The notes: generated by a model from the sequence alone, not told the origin. A stretch of 64,000 nt of DNA from Octopus vulgaris (GCA_951406725.2 OX597831.1:14136001-14200000), one strand, 5' to 3'; positions 28,343 through 42,083 are shown, counted from the first letter of the stretch. Made by a program: numbers and translations.

Positions 28343-29765
28343 TCTTGTAACTATCCACCACATTCATATTCGGCTTGGCCTCTCAGAACCCTATTTATAT
28401 TGCTGTTTCTCTCTTTCTATCTCGCTGCAATTTGCATGAGACATTTGTTTGCCTTGCATATCCTGTCCATTTCATGATCATTATCAATTTACAGACTGTG
28501 AAACTCGACTTAGTGTATTGTCTTGAAGTAGATCATTCTCTTCTTAAGATACTTTAACCAGACTGTCATGCCTAGCAGAAACTGAATCCTATTCTCTATG
28601 TCTTCGTGCGTATTCAGACATTTGTTTCGGTCGTTTTATTTCGATTTTCTCAGATCCATTTGTCCTTCCCTATATAGTTGGTAAGGGGTCACTATTATAG
28701 ATATTTTACTACTCATAGCTATCATCGTTCGGCATTCCGGCCCCCGAATTTTTTTCCCACGAGAGTTCCGGGCCCCAGTTATGAACTCATTTGCATACAG
28801 CCAATCAGAGCTCAACTATCAAACTAATTTACGAGCGCATAACAAGTGATGGGCGATAAGACAAGGTCACGTGGGTAAGGAATGACCAGGCTTCTTTTCT
28901 CTTTTAAGAATGCTTGTTGTTCTTGTTCTTGTTTCAACCATGGTTGCGTCTGCGTAGTTATTTGTGTTGTTGTCTACGTAAAACAGAAAGGGGAGAGCGT
29001 TGCTAGCACATCACCCTCTACCCACATTTTCACCATCCACATCTTTTCCATATGGGTCCCTAACAAAATCCGATAACAGGTAGAGATGCAAACCCATCTA
29101 ATTACTTGTCTCCTTCTAAAACCAGGCATAAACTTGGGCGATCGGCCGACTTACAACACCATTCTTCGTCTTGAGTTTCCTTGGTAGAGTGTGTTTGTTA
29201 ACTTGACAACTAGGTCAAGGTGACCTCCGATTGTGTGTATGCAAATGAGTTTGTTACTGGAGTCCGGAACTCTCGTGGGGAAAAAAATTACACTTCCGGT
29301 CCATTTCGATGTCTACCTATTAGAGACTTATATTGGATCGCCTATGGTAAGTAGCCTCTTAACTTCATCCACCCCCTCCTCTGCTATTTTTCATAACTTT
29401 GTTTCTCTCTGTTTGACATCATAGTTTTGCTCCTTGTCTTCCAAACTTTACGGGTCTTTGTCATTTTGCTATCAGAATAAGGTGACTTGGTGCAGAGATG
29501 ATTTGGCCAGGGCATCCGACCTTTGACAGTACTTTTTGGCACTGGCGGCAGACATGCACACATACTTGCGCTTGCGTGCGTACAGAAGTATTCATTTACA
29601 GCTAGAAAGAGAGAGAAAGAACGACTTATGTATGTATGCGTGTGAGTGGAGTGGAGCAACGTGAAATAAAATGTCTTGCTCGAGACACACGGGCCAGCCT
29701 GGGAATCGAACTCACTACTTCGTGATTGTGAGCCTGACTCTCTAACCATGCGTCTTCATTATATA

Positions 29766-30015
<250 letters not shown>

Positions 30016-30033
30016 GTATATATATATATATAT

Positions 30034-30080
<47 letters not shown>

Positions 30081-30204
30081 TATATGTGTATATATATATA
30101 TGTATATGTATGTATATATGTATATATATATATATATGTGTGTGTGTTTGTGTGTGTGTATTTATATATATATGTATATATCATAAATAGTAAATAATAT
30201 ATAG

Positions 30205-30231
<27 letters not shown>

Positions 30232-30235
<4 letters not shown>

Positions 30236-30635
30236 CGGAGATGTACTCGCATAGCAAGTAATTTGATCTGAATCGTGTGCTGAAACGAAACAATTGCAGC
30301 GTGGAAGGTGTTTATAAGCCATTTAAGAAACACACAAAAGCCGTTCGATTCACTTCAACATTTAAGTTTAATTTGTCAAAATATTTTCGTCGCTTAAATC
30401 CGCGACCTGTTCACTGACACAAATCCGTGCACATGCAGCACGGATTTGTGTCAGTGAACAGGTCGCGGTCTTAAAGCGACGAAAATATTTTGACAAATTA
30501 AACTTAAATGTTGAAGTGAATCGAACGGCTTTTGTGTGTTTCTTAAATGGCTTATAAACACCTTCCACGCTGCAATTGTTTTCGTTTCAGCACACGATCT
30601 CAGATCAAATTACTTGCTATGCGAGTACATCTCCG

Positions 30636-30638
<3 letters not shown>
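30232..30638. mobile_element. Complete palindromic element (two ~200-bp arms), family of 288-619
   Basis: ATTACGGAGATGTACTCGC ... GCGAGTACATCTCCGTAAT; centre ~30435; hammerhead-like motif on each arm (30374-30419 -, 30449-30495 +). Confidence 0.9.
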
Positions 30639-30695
<57 letters not shown>

Positions 30696-30816
30696 TATAT
30701 ATTATTTACTATTTATGATATATACATATATATATAAATACACACACACAAACACACACATATATATATATATATATACATATATACATACATATACATA
30801 TATATATATATACACA

Positions 30817-30873
<57 letters not shown>

Positions 30874-30995
30874 TATATGCTCACATACATGTGTAAAATT
30901 TTTTGCTGGATATATCAGTGTTGTATGCAAAAAAATACATACATACATACATACATACATACAAACATACAAACATACATACATACATACATACA

Positions 30996-31026
<31 letters not shown>

Positions 31027-31141
31027 GTGCATATCTTTCACTGAACACCCGTGGAAAATGTAAGCAACGACAATTACAGAACCGAAGCAGTTTTTCTTTT
31101 TGGTGGAAAACCCTGATGATGTTTGTTCTGCACTTAGTTAC

Positions 31142-31610
31142 CTGAGTTATAGATACTCCCCTTAACTTTCCCGTCGTCAGAAATTCTTGGAACCATTGAC
31201 TGCTCGCTGGAACTGACGAGTATAAACGGAAACAGAAGTAGACAAGTATAAGGAGGAGGAGGAGGGGGAGGAGGAGGAGGAGGAGGAGAGAGAAAAAGGA
31301 GAGGAAGAGGAGGAGGAGGTAGAAGAAGAAGAAGAAGAAGAAGAAGAAGAAGAAGAAGAAGAAGAAGAAGAAGAAGAAGAAGGAAAAGAAGGAAAAGAAG
31401 GAAAAGAAAAAAAGAAGAAAAAGAAAAAAAGAAGAAAAAGAAAGAAGAAAAAGAAGGAGAGGGGAGACGGAAATAGAAGAGAGTAAACGAAAAAGAAAGT
31501 AATAATAAAGAAAAGTAAAAAAAGAACGAGGAGTGGGTGGGAATTTTCAAAATCTATAAATTCGGCAAATTGAGAAAAAAAATGGGATTGGCAGAGCGGA
31601 CGGATTGGCA
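31142..31610 (-). promoter_or_regulatory. Candidate promoter and pyrimidine-rich non-coding first exon
   Basis: Two CCAAT boxes on the minus strand (ATTGG at 31587 and 31604) in CpG-retaining unique DNA; minus-strand donor CAG|GTAACT at 31142/31141. Confidence 0.3.
31250..31460. repeat. (GGA)n/(GAA)n purine tract
   Basis: Direct inspection. Confidence 0.95.
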
Positions 31611-33384
31611 ATTTATGTTACAGTTGGTCTTCCATAGTTGAGTTGATTCACGCCCTTCTCAGAAAAGCGAAATAAGTCAGAAATCGTTTCGGGATCTTTC
31701 AAAGTTGTTACAAAAGGGGGTAAAGAATACAAAAAAAAAAAAAAAAACGAACGAAAAAAGGGGACACAAAGGACCTGGGCTGGCTGTAAACTTATCCACA
31801 AAACGATACAAATACATCTTCGTCGCACTCTCACACACACTCTTTCTTTCTTTCTTTCTTTTTCTTTCTTATTTTTTTCCTTCCTTCCTTCCTCCCTTCC
31901 TTTCTGTGTACCCTGTCGAAGCAGACAGTCAGTTGGAGCAAATAGTAACGGTGGAGTACCCGACACAATGAATTAACGGGAAAATACTATTCAAGAGCTG
32001 TATTTATCAATGACCAAAGCGAAGTAACTATTTTTATTATTATTATTATTATTGCTTTTTCTCCCCTGACACCTACACAAAGCCTGAAACTTTTAGAATC
32101 GAGGCCTACAGTCGATGAAAATCGATCCAACTGTGCAGTTTACCGCCAGTTCATTTGATCGATCCTAGAACGGATAATATTGATTTGTGCGAAAACAGAG
32201 GCCCAGAGCCTTTCTCATTTTTTTTTATTTAGTATATTTTCGTTTAAAAACAATATACAAGGGAATGATATCGGTTCCTTTAATGGACCACAACAGGTTC
32301 TCACGAAAAATACGGTAAATATGTTTTTAATGCATTTAAAAGGTTGATAAAAACGAAATCTTATTTCAAAATTATTTCAAAACTTGTTCAAAATGAGGCA
32401 AAACTTCAGAGAAAAACATCGGAGGAAAGTTTTATTTGTCAAGACAGAGTTTGTATATAAAACTACTTGACACTTGGAGAATTCTAAGAAGGAAGCTTGT
32501 TGTTGAGGTTGTGTGTTTGTTGTTGTTACCGGTTTGGTATTAGTGTTTGTGGGTATATATAACTATATACATATATATGTGTGTGTGTGTGTGTCTGTGC
32601 GCGCGTGATTGAATTATAGTAAGTTTGAAGGATAAGAGATTGTAACTCTCTCTACATACATACATACATACGTACACAGATACGTATATACATACATACA
32701 TACATACATACATACATACATACATACATACGACACGCATACACACACACACGAGTAGATTTTCTTGTGCTGTGCACATGTAAAAGTGTATACTCGCCAG
32801 TTGTAAAATACTAAGTGCCCGTGGATATATACATATATCTTTATCTGAGTATATATACATACATACACATATACACACACCATATATATATATATATATA
32901 CACATATATATTTCAACTCGCACTTTTTCTTCAAGTAGGAACCTCATGACTTCTTTAACCGCAAAAAAATTATAATAATGATAAAGAAAATCTATTCCAC
33001 CAGCGTCAGAAGAATACTACCGCGGATTATATTTGAACTCAAGTCCTGTTCCCTTATGTGATTTCTTTAACTGAGGATCGTACCCTACCCTTAATATACC
33101 ATTCTCGCTGTTGTTCATGCTTTTGGCATCGTCCAAATCGTTGTCTGAGGCGTCGTCGTCCCACAAAGGTTAGTCGAAGAATTTCTTGTATTTTAGTCAA
33201 ATTTTTCGTTTTTGTTCATACGTACCCACACGTCTGCATATAAACACACACACACACACACACACACACTCACTCACAAACATGTATACACGCACAGACA
33301 AATATGCATAGAGACACACTTACACACATATACATACGTACCCGTATACATACAAAGTCACTTACTTAGATATATATATATATT

Positions 33385-33795
33385 ATAATTAGGGTTCAGC
33401 AAAGATTTGCTTTACCACATACCGAAGTTTAGAAATAGCAGCCAAAGAACCTTAGCTATTTCCTCTACTTTAAGAAAGAGACTCCCGGACAAAAACAAAC
33501 TACTCGAAAATACCGATTGCTTTATTGCTTTATTGCTTTATTTTCCCTCTCTGTCTGCGTGGCTTGTTTTCGAGTACTTTGTTTTTGTCTGGGAGTCTCT
33601 TTTTAAAGTAGAGGAAATAGCTAAGGTTCTTTGGCTGCTATTTCTAAAATTCGGTATGTGGTAATGCAAATCTTTGCTGAACCCTAATTATGAAATATTA
33701 CTTAAGTTTACCGAGAAATGGTCCTTTTTCATGCCGAATTCTACTTGGTGAAATTATTGATTACTAGTTAATTAATTAATTTTACCCTTTGTTAT
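33385..33795. mobile_element. Asymmetric foldback element in (TA)n
   Basis: 33385-33512 is the inverse of 33566-33691; the right arm continues ~100 bp to (TA)n. Confidence 0.8.
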
Positions 33796-34059
33796 TATAT
33801 ATATATACATACAGACATGCATGCATACATAAATAAACATACATACATTCTGTATGCGCAAACATGCGTGTATGGTAGTTGTTGTTGTAGTGATGCCGTT
33901 TTATTAAAATTAATTGTAGCATGCTTACCGAAGACTGTGCCATTGGATTTTCCTATTCTATATTCATGGGATTTATTAAGTTTATTTAGATTTTTCTATT
34001 TAACTCTGGATTAAAACTAAAAGTTGAAAATAAGAAAAACACACACACATACAGACACA

Positions 34060-34103
<44 letters not shown>

Positions 34104-34286
34104 CAGACACACAGAAAGGCACAAACACAGTTACCCAAATATACACATAAATATATACATTTATAAATACATTCATATACACTTGAGTGTGTGTATGTGT
34201 GTGTGTGTACGGAAATACAAGTTTCGTGTGTCTTAGGTTCCCGTTTGCAAAACACTGAAGTTTTAGAAGACAGGGCGAATGAGCAC

Positions 34287-34330
<44 letters not shown>

Positions 34331-34335
34331 GACTG

Positions 34336-34404
<69 letters not shown>

Positions 34405-35021
34405 ATGTTAATGTATCTAACGTATATATGCATGTATATCCATGTATTTTACATTTATTATACGTATACTTACATAGAAAAACAAATAAATATATATGTG
34501 TATACCTCATACCCTTACATATCTCTACATCATATATTTCCACACACACACACAGATCCCCTATTTAAATCGCCTTTCACTTATTAACGCCACAAAAACG
34601 GCATTTGGCGGATTTGGGTGATGCAAAACCTGTCATGAGGGTGACAGAAAAAATCGAATGGTATTAAACTGTAAAATTTAAAAAATAGCTACAGAAGGTG
34701 CAGGTAAACTGTACCCCGACCCTACGGAATACACAGTGATAAAAAAATATATAGCACTGTATACATAAGGAGGTCCTGAAATGAGAAACCGCCAATTTTG
34801 TTTTTTTTTTTAGGGATCAGCAGTGAAGAAAGTTATCTCAATACCACGCTGTATATACCGTAGACCTATATATACATATACATATATATATATATATATG
34901 TATGTATATATGTATATGCATATATATATATATATATACACGTATGTATGTATATATATATATGTATGTATGTATGTATGTATATATATAATATATATAT
35001 TATATATATGTGTATATATAT

Positions 35022-35395
35022 AGGCGTGGCTGTGTAGTAAGTAGCTTGCTTCCCAACCACATGGTTCTGGGTTCAGTCCCACTGCGTGGCACCTTGGGTA
35101 AGTGTCTTCTACAATAGCTTCGAGCCGACCAAAGCCTGGTAAGCGAATTTGGTAGACGGAAACTGAAAGAAGCCCCTCGTATATGTTTGTGTGTCTGTGT
35201 TTGTCCCCCCGACCATCGCTTGACAACCGATATTGGTGTGTTTATATCCCCGTGACTTAGCAGTTTCGACAAAACAGACCGATCGAAAAAGGACTAGGCT
35301 TGCAAAGAATAAGTCCTGGGGTCGATTTGTTCGACTAAACTCTTCAGGGTGGTGCCCCAGCATGGCCACTGACTGAAACAAGTAAAAAAAAATAA
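35022..35395 (+). mobile_element. SINE family A
   Basis: Match to 14120-14548. Confidence 0.9.
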
Positions 35396-35716
35396 ATAAA
35401 ATGATTATACTGAAGGTGTCCCAGACGCGTTCAGGATATTTTTTCTTTTGTACCCTTCTGCCGGTTATTGTTATCTAAACAGCTGCTCAGCGACCCTGCG
35501 ACAAAGCGAAGTCGTTTGTCTGATTATCATATTTACATTTTCTCGGTGTTTTTTCTTTTATCCTGAATCTTGTTCGTTGCCCGAACAAGATTATTTAGGG
35601 CAGGAGACGAGGCGATGTGATTGGTGCTCACCGTGGCTCTTGTGTCCCGTTGAAATGAAAACTTACAATTAAATAGGTTCAAAGTTATAAACCATCCCGT
35701 CTCTTATTCACACATC

Positions 35717-35719
35717 TTG

Positions 35720-35780
<61 letters not shown>

Positions 35781-35853
35781 ATATCCATCTATCTATCTGT
35801 CTCTCTCTCTTTCTCTCTCTCTCTATCTATCCACCTATCTATCTATCTGTCTG

Positions 35854-35942
<89 letters not shown>

Positions 35943-36045
35943 ATCTGTCTGTCTGTCTCTATCTATCTATCTATCTATCTATCCATCTATCTATCTGTCT
36001 CTCTCTCTTTCTCTCTCTCTATCTACCTATCTATCTATCTGTCTG

Positions 36046-36140
<95 letters not shown>

Positions 36141-36155
36141 ATCTGTCTGTCTGTC

Positions 36156-36194
<39 letters not shown>

Positions 36195-36239
36195 GTCTGT
36201 CTGTCTATCTATCTGTCTGCCTCTCTCTCTCTCTCTCTG

Positions 36240-36321
<82 letters not shown>

Positions 36322-36350
36322 AATCTATCTTATCTTATCTTATCTGTTTA
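35717..36350. repeat. Compound (CTAT)/(CTGT)/(CT) microsatellite
   Basis: Direct inspection. Confidence 0.95.
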
Positions 36351-36429
36351 TATATCTAATGTATTGAAAGCGTGTACAATACATGTATGCATGTGTGTGT
36401 ATTCAGTGTGTGCATATGTATGTATATAA

Positions 36430-36655
36430 TTCGATGAAGGCTAAACAAGCCGAAACTTCGAAGTTACTGGTAATCTACTTTCTGTGTACTCGAGTTTAAT
36501 GTAAAATTGTTTTTTTATTTTGTTTTTGTATTTGGTTTGCAAGATTCCTTATGTTAATTCGTGTGTTGAAGCATATTTTATTGTGCCTGGGGCGAGTCAT
36601 TCTCTTTTATGCCTTATTAATTTAACGCACTCACCGGTCTGATTTCCACTCATGA
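36430..36655 (+). mobile_element. PLE-tail-like short element starting with a truncated hammerhead-like motif
   Basis: UCGAUGA A GGCU-aaaca-AGCC GA AACUUCGAAGUU (palindrome); downstream TTTGCAAGATT..TTATGT..A.TCGTGTGTTGAA.CATAT shared with 15155-15205. Confidence 0.55.
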
Positions 36656-36725
36656 CACAAAAATGTACGTATACGCGTGTATATATATATGCATGTGTGT
36701 ATATATGTATATGTATACATGGGTG

Positions 36726-36976
36726 GGTACTACTAGCGAACAATGGTCCCGGTGCGCGCACTCGCGTAGTCGCGCATCCGCGCTAGCTAGTCGTGACTAG
36801 TCGATCCTACAACGACTACCTAACAAAGTAAATAAAACACAAAATAAATAGTTTTTTTTACACAAAGTAAATAAAACACAAAAACACAAAGCAAGGATCG
36901 ACTAGTCATGACTAGCTAGTGCGGATGCGCGAGTACGCGAGTGCGCGCACCGGGACCATTCTTCATAAGTAGTACC
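36726..36976. mobile_element. CpG-rich MITE with GGTAC termini (Merlin-like)
   Basis: GGTACTACT..AATGGTCCCGGTGCGCGCACTCGCGTA...GATCCT is the inverse of the right end (~80-bp arms); A-rich spacer; no clear TSD. Confidence 0.75.
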
Positions 36977-37359
36977 TATATAAGCTTGCCCAAGACAGAA
37001 ATTTGGCTGCTATTTCTAGCATCTCGAGCGATCGCGTATAGGGTTTCTTCGTTTGTTGGCTCACCGTGGCCGTGGCTTCAATTAAGGTGAGTGTCCTACA
37101 CAATTAAGTCAGGTGTTGGTGAGGATGACGAGGAAACGAAGATCAAATTATGGTGTGACACCAAACCGCCCCATCTGATCATAATTTTGTAGCTTCCTCC
37201 CGTGTTTGCTGCTCTTTGTGGGGTTAAGTAGTAAATAAGGCGGGGTTTCTTCCCTAAACGAGTGACAAGTAAAGTGGGGGTCAAATGTCGGTCGCGACCC
37301 TGACAGCAACCGCAAACGCTGGCTCACAGACACAAACACACACATGCGTAAGCATGAAC

Positions 37360-38570
37360 GAGGATGCTTCGATGCGGTCTGCTCGACTGCTTGAAATAGC
37401 AGCCAAATTTCCCTCAAATCACATACTACAATCTTACTAATGAAAAGGATAATTTAGATAATAAATTCCAATGTTTTTCAAAACAGACGGGATGGTCACA
37501 GTTAGATTGCCTTTGATCAACAGGTATTTCTTTCGACGAGGACTGCTCTGGGATTGAACTTCAGCACAAGTTTTACAAAGGACAAATATTGTTTTAGTGA
37601 ACCTGAATATATTACTGGTATTTTGTTTACGGATTCCAGAAGCTCTGTACAGCTGTTTGTACCATGCTAGAAATAGCAGCCAAATATCACTCAAATCAAC
37701 CTATCTTAATTAAAACAAATACAGAACATTAAATAATATAGTTGATGTTACAGTGCCTGATTAAAATAAATATAAACGGGATGGTCACGGCTAGATAGTC
37801 TTTCAATATGACCTGCAGGATCATGATCGACGTGAATTCGAGGCTAAACAACACATATCCCCATCATACGGTTCCTTCCTGATTCCACGGGGTTACCGCT
37901 GTGTGGTGGCTCTGCTCTGCTAGAAATAGCAGCCATGTCTCCCATAAGTTCATCCTACTGTTTTTTTTAAATAAGGAAGTGATACATAAGGTCATGCAGT
38001 CCTATATATGTACCCTAACGTACACGGGGGTGATCGGGTGGGGGAGGTCGCAATTGGAATGTCTTTGATAGTAAGTTTACTTAAACTGGGTTTGAAGGTA
38101 GTCTGGGGGCTTCAACCCCAACGATAGCAACCATAACAACCAGAGGGAACCTTTATGTGGTCGCTAAAAATAACAACGAAATCTTTCTCAGATCATACTC
38201 CACCGGTGGTCTTCAAAAAAAAAAAAACACTTTAGAATTTGAATAATGTGCTCCTGGGTTCATTGCACACAGGAGAAAAAACAGGATAGCCACGGCTGGA
38301 ATGTCTTTGATTGAGGCTACTCGATTAGCGCTGACCTGGGGTTAAACAGCATGAGCAACAACTGTCATGACATGCAAGCGAGCGAGAGAACTGTAACTTG
38401 GTCGTGTGACCTACAGGAAATAGAAATAACAGCCAAACTTCCCTCATATTACAACTTACTAATAAAGGAAAAACAAAAAATATATGGGACTGTGTAATCT
38501 TTGAATTATAGCAAGATGTGATGGTCACGGTTGGAGCGTCTTTCATCACTGATCATTGAGCCAACATACA
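37360..38570 (+). repeat. Five diverged ~250-280 bp tandem units of an old repeat
   Basis: Each unit has GAAATA(G/A)CAGCCAAA..CCCTCA.ATCAC followed by GGATGGTCACGG.TGGA..GTCTTTGAT; related copies at ~3600-3980, ~4758, ~24240, ~26965 and ~60605. Confidence 0.7.
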
Positions 38571-38644
38571 CAAGTATGCCCCTTTCGCGACTTTGTTTCC
38601 TCATAACTTTCAGATAAATGGGTATGTCTTAAAGAAATTTTCTC

Positions 38645-39050
38645 ATGGCTGTGTGGTAAGAAGCTTGCTTCTCAATCACATGGTTCCGGGTTCAGTCCCA
38701 CTGCATGGCACTTTGAGCAAGTATCTTCTATCATAGCTTTGGGCCGACCAAAGCATTGTGAGTGGATTTGGTAAATGGAAACTGAAAGAAGCCCGATGCA
38801 TATATATATATATATATATATATGTGTATATCTATTTGTGTGTGCCTTTGTGTCTGTGTTAGTTTCCCCCGCCATCATCACCGCTTGACAACCGGCGTTG
38901 GTGTGTTTATGTCCCTGAGACCAATAGAATAAGAGTTAGGCTTACAGAGAATAAGTCCTGGGGTTGATGTATTCGACTAAAAAAATCCCTTTAAGGTGGT
39001 GCTCCAGCATGGCCGCAATCAAATGACTGAAACTTACAAAAGAATAGAAG
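38645..39050 (+). mobile_element. SINE family A
   Basis: Match to family A. Confidence 0.85.
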
Positions 39051-39696
39051 TCATCTTTCAGGTGGCGTAGATACATTCTGACACGCATCACAGATTTTTC
39101 TCAAAATTCCAGCTTCCACTTTCTGTGTGGATGTGTGGATATCTTTTATTCTTTTACTTGTTTCAGTTATTAGACTGATGTAATGCAGAATCCATGCCTT
39201 CTGAAAATTAATTGCAGATGAACCCCACCCACCGCACCCTTCACCAACAAGACAGGATTGTCACAAGTGGAGGGCCTTTAGTTGAACCAGGAACTAAATA
39301 ACAAGCACACCAAGGCACCCCCTCATTACCCATGTATCAAAACCAAGCACAAAAAAGACCCAAAATACCGTAATTGTCTGCACGGGTCACCAACGACACA
39401 GAGAACAAGCCAATCACTGAGACCCATTGAGGCAAGTCCTCTCTCTCCATACACATGTACACAAACTGGGGCTCTGAAAATATTTGCGTATGTTTTATAC
39501 AGCATTTTTATGCATTTTTATCTCTCTTTATTTGTGTATTGTGGTCGTCAGTATAGTTCTGTGTGGTTTTGTGAGTAATTTGAGAAGAGGTTAGTTATAA
39601 TGGAATGAAGAAGAGCTTGGGAAATTCTATCTAACAGAAGTAACCATTTAGTTGTTGGCTGGGTTATATTTTAATAATTAACTATATAGGCTGTAA

Positions 39697-40018
39697 AGGT
39701 GCATGGCTCAGTGGTTAGAGCGTCGGACTTGCAATCATGAGGTAGTGAGTTCAATTCTTGGACTGAACTGTGTTGTGTTCTTGAGCAAGACACTTTATTT
39801 CACATTGCTCCTCTCCATTCATCTGTTGAAATGAGTTGTGATATCACTGATACCAAACTGTATTGGCCCCTTTGCCTTCCCCTTGGATAACATGGGTGGT
39901 GGTCGACTACTGGGCTTCCACAAACAACCTTGCCTGGACTTGTGCCTTGGAGGGGAACTTTCTAGGTGCAGTCCCACGGTCCTTCATGACTGAAGGGGGT
40001 CTTTACCCTTTTACCCTT
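39697..40018 (+). mobile_element. tRNA-headed SINE family C
   Basis: TGGCTCAGTGGTTAGAGCG A-box, GAGTTCAATTC B-box, (TTTACCC) tail; other copies at 54325-54640 (-), 29655-29755 (-), 21075-21230 (+) and ~10910-11090 (+). Confidence 0.8.
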
Positions 40019-41114
40019 GGCAGATTATGGGACAAGATATAGATGTGTGAGCATGTGTGTGTGTGTGTATAAATAGGTGTAGGCAAATGATGGCATTTGA
40101 ACTCAGGATGTAAAGAGAGACGAAATGCCTTTAAGCGTTTTGCCCAATCTGCTAACGATTCTGGTAGCCCCCCCCCCCTATTTGAATAGACATTGCAAAG
40201 CATTTTGTCCAATGCTTTGCTAATTCCCTCCACTCAAAGCTTCATTTACTTCAATTTTTTTTTTCTTCTTTTTTTGGTTAATTAGTGTAATTAGTAGAAT
40301 TTGCTTCGTTATTTTCCCTATTATCCGTGTTTGTATTTTAACAAGGTTGTTTCTTATATCACCAAAACAGCACAGTTATTGGTTGTTCTTGCATGTCAAC
40401 ACAATCTGGCAATTAACACATACCAGGTTCTACTTATCTCTTAACAGAAGCACATTTCTTGAAGCAACACATGGCATAATTTCTTTGCATGGTTTAACAC
40501 TGCCAGCTCCACCACCACCACCACCACCACTATTACCAAGATCATCACTATAACCACCACCACCACCACCACCACCACCTGATTATCTGGGGTGTCTTGA
40601 GTTGAGTTCACTGTCTTGCAAGTGTTCGACCTACAATTCTGCTCAGATTATTCCTCAAAATACTGATGCACAATGTCCCTACAGCATCAACCTATGACGT
40701 GTTTTCTGTTAGTTTTAATCCCCTTCACTTCATCAACTAAAGAGTGGCCACAAGCTTTGAAAGCCCTAAAATGTTGCACCATCATTCAAGATGGAGAAGC
40801 AAGTCTTATCACCCTGTTAAAAGGTGGATGAGGACAGTAAATATAGTCAGGGAGAAGAGGCTTGTTCTGAGCAGCTGGGAGAGAGTGCTTGCCTTAGTGA
40901 TCAAAGGGATTGCAGGTTGTATGGCTTCCTCAAAAGGACCTCATGGGCTTCTCCACTTTGGGGGATATTTTTCTTTAATTTGAATTTTTGGTTTTTTTAT
41001 TTTTGTTATTTCTCTTGTTTACATGTCTTTTTTTTTTTATGAAATTCCACATTATCATTCTGTACTGTCATTGATCTTTTATGCTTAATGATAAAGGAAA
41101 TGATTGTTATTATG

Positions 41115-41169
<55 letters not shown>

Positions 41170-41170
<1 letters not shown>

Positions 41171-41722
41171 TGAATGAGAGAGCAGTGCATGCCATCAAAT
41201 TGACACTGGGGTAAAATATACGCAAGTCCTGTATATCCATCATGACTACCCGTCTGATAAGGGTACACCAGCCACATGCATCACAACCATATGTGTGCGA
41301 CATGGTGAGCTCATATCAAGATAAACAGCACATGACCTTGCAGGTGGAGCCCAGTTAGAATTTTCTTCTGGTTGAGTAACCCATCCCGCTCAAAAGGTCC
41401 CTGAACAAGGGTTGTTTAAAGATGTTGAACGAACACCCATGTTTCCAGAGGTGAATTATTCAAACCCCAGAGAATTCCTTTCAATACACAGCTATGATGC
41501 TCCCGTACTACTTCTGCTCATATCGTCAGCCACCAAGGGACATGCTCAACTGGTTAAGGTCAAGCAACTGACAAGCAAATCTGTGATATGGAGCAGAATA
41601 TTTGCTGTAGTCCATCTTTTATACCAAAACAAAACAATGTACATGATAACACTTCCAATCAGTTAAGATCAGAAGCCATGAGAGCCACTGCCTGGTACTG
41701 GCATTTACTGCATCAGGGCAGT
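41170..41722 (-). mobile_element. (AAT)n-associated ~550-bp retro-like element
   Basis: Same family at 42080-42460 (+) and 59872-60290 (-); abuts (TTA)n tracts. Confidence 0.75.
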
Positions 41723-41836
41723 AAATTATTATTATTATTATTATTATTATACCTATCATGATTCATAACTACCTGTCATATTTATGTCTGTCTGTCAGTC
41801 TATCTAGCCATTCATCCATCCGTTCATCCATCCATC

Positions 41837-41870
<34 letters not shown>

Positions 41871-42047
41871 TGTGTGTGTATATATATTTATTCATATACA
41901 ACACACAAATTTCTGCACATGAACCCAGAGTTTCTACCCTTGGACAGGTCGCTTCAACCGTGTTTCTGACGTGAATTTGCTACCCAGATTTCGGTTAAAT
42001 GAATTTTCCATGCTGACGATAAACATAGGATAATTCATTCACCTACT

Positions 42048-42079
<32 letters not shown>

Positions 42080-42083
<4 letters not shown>

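Noticed and set aside
39697-39770. tRNA gene (also the heads at 14120 and 49370-49440)
   Set aside because: A/B boxes run into SINE bodies; no intact cloverleaf
40744-40983. Plus-strand ORFs in unique DNA
   Set aside because: Short, weak splice context, no recognisable family
41399-41450. CTGAA...GAA(A)CACCC in the (AAT)n-associated family as a hammerhead
   Set aside because: Core and stem geometry do not fit and the copies disagree
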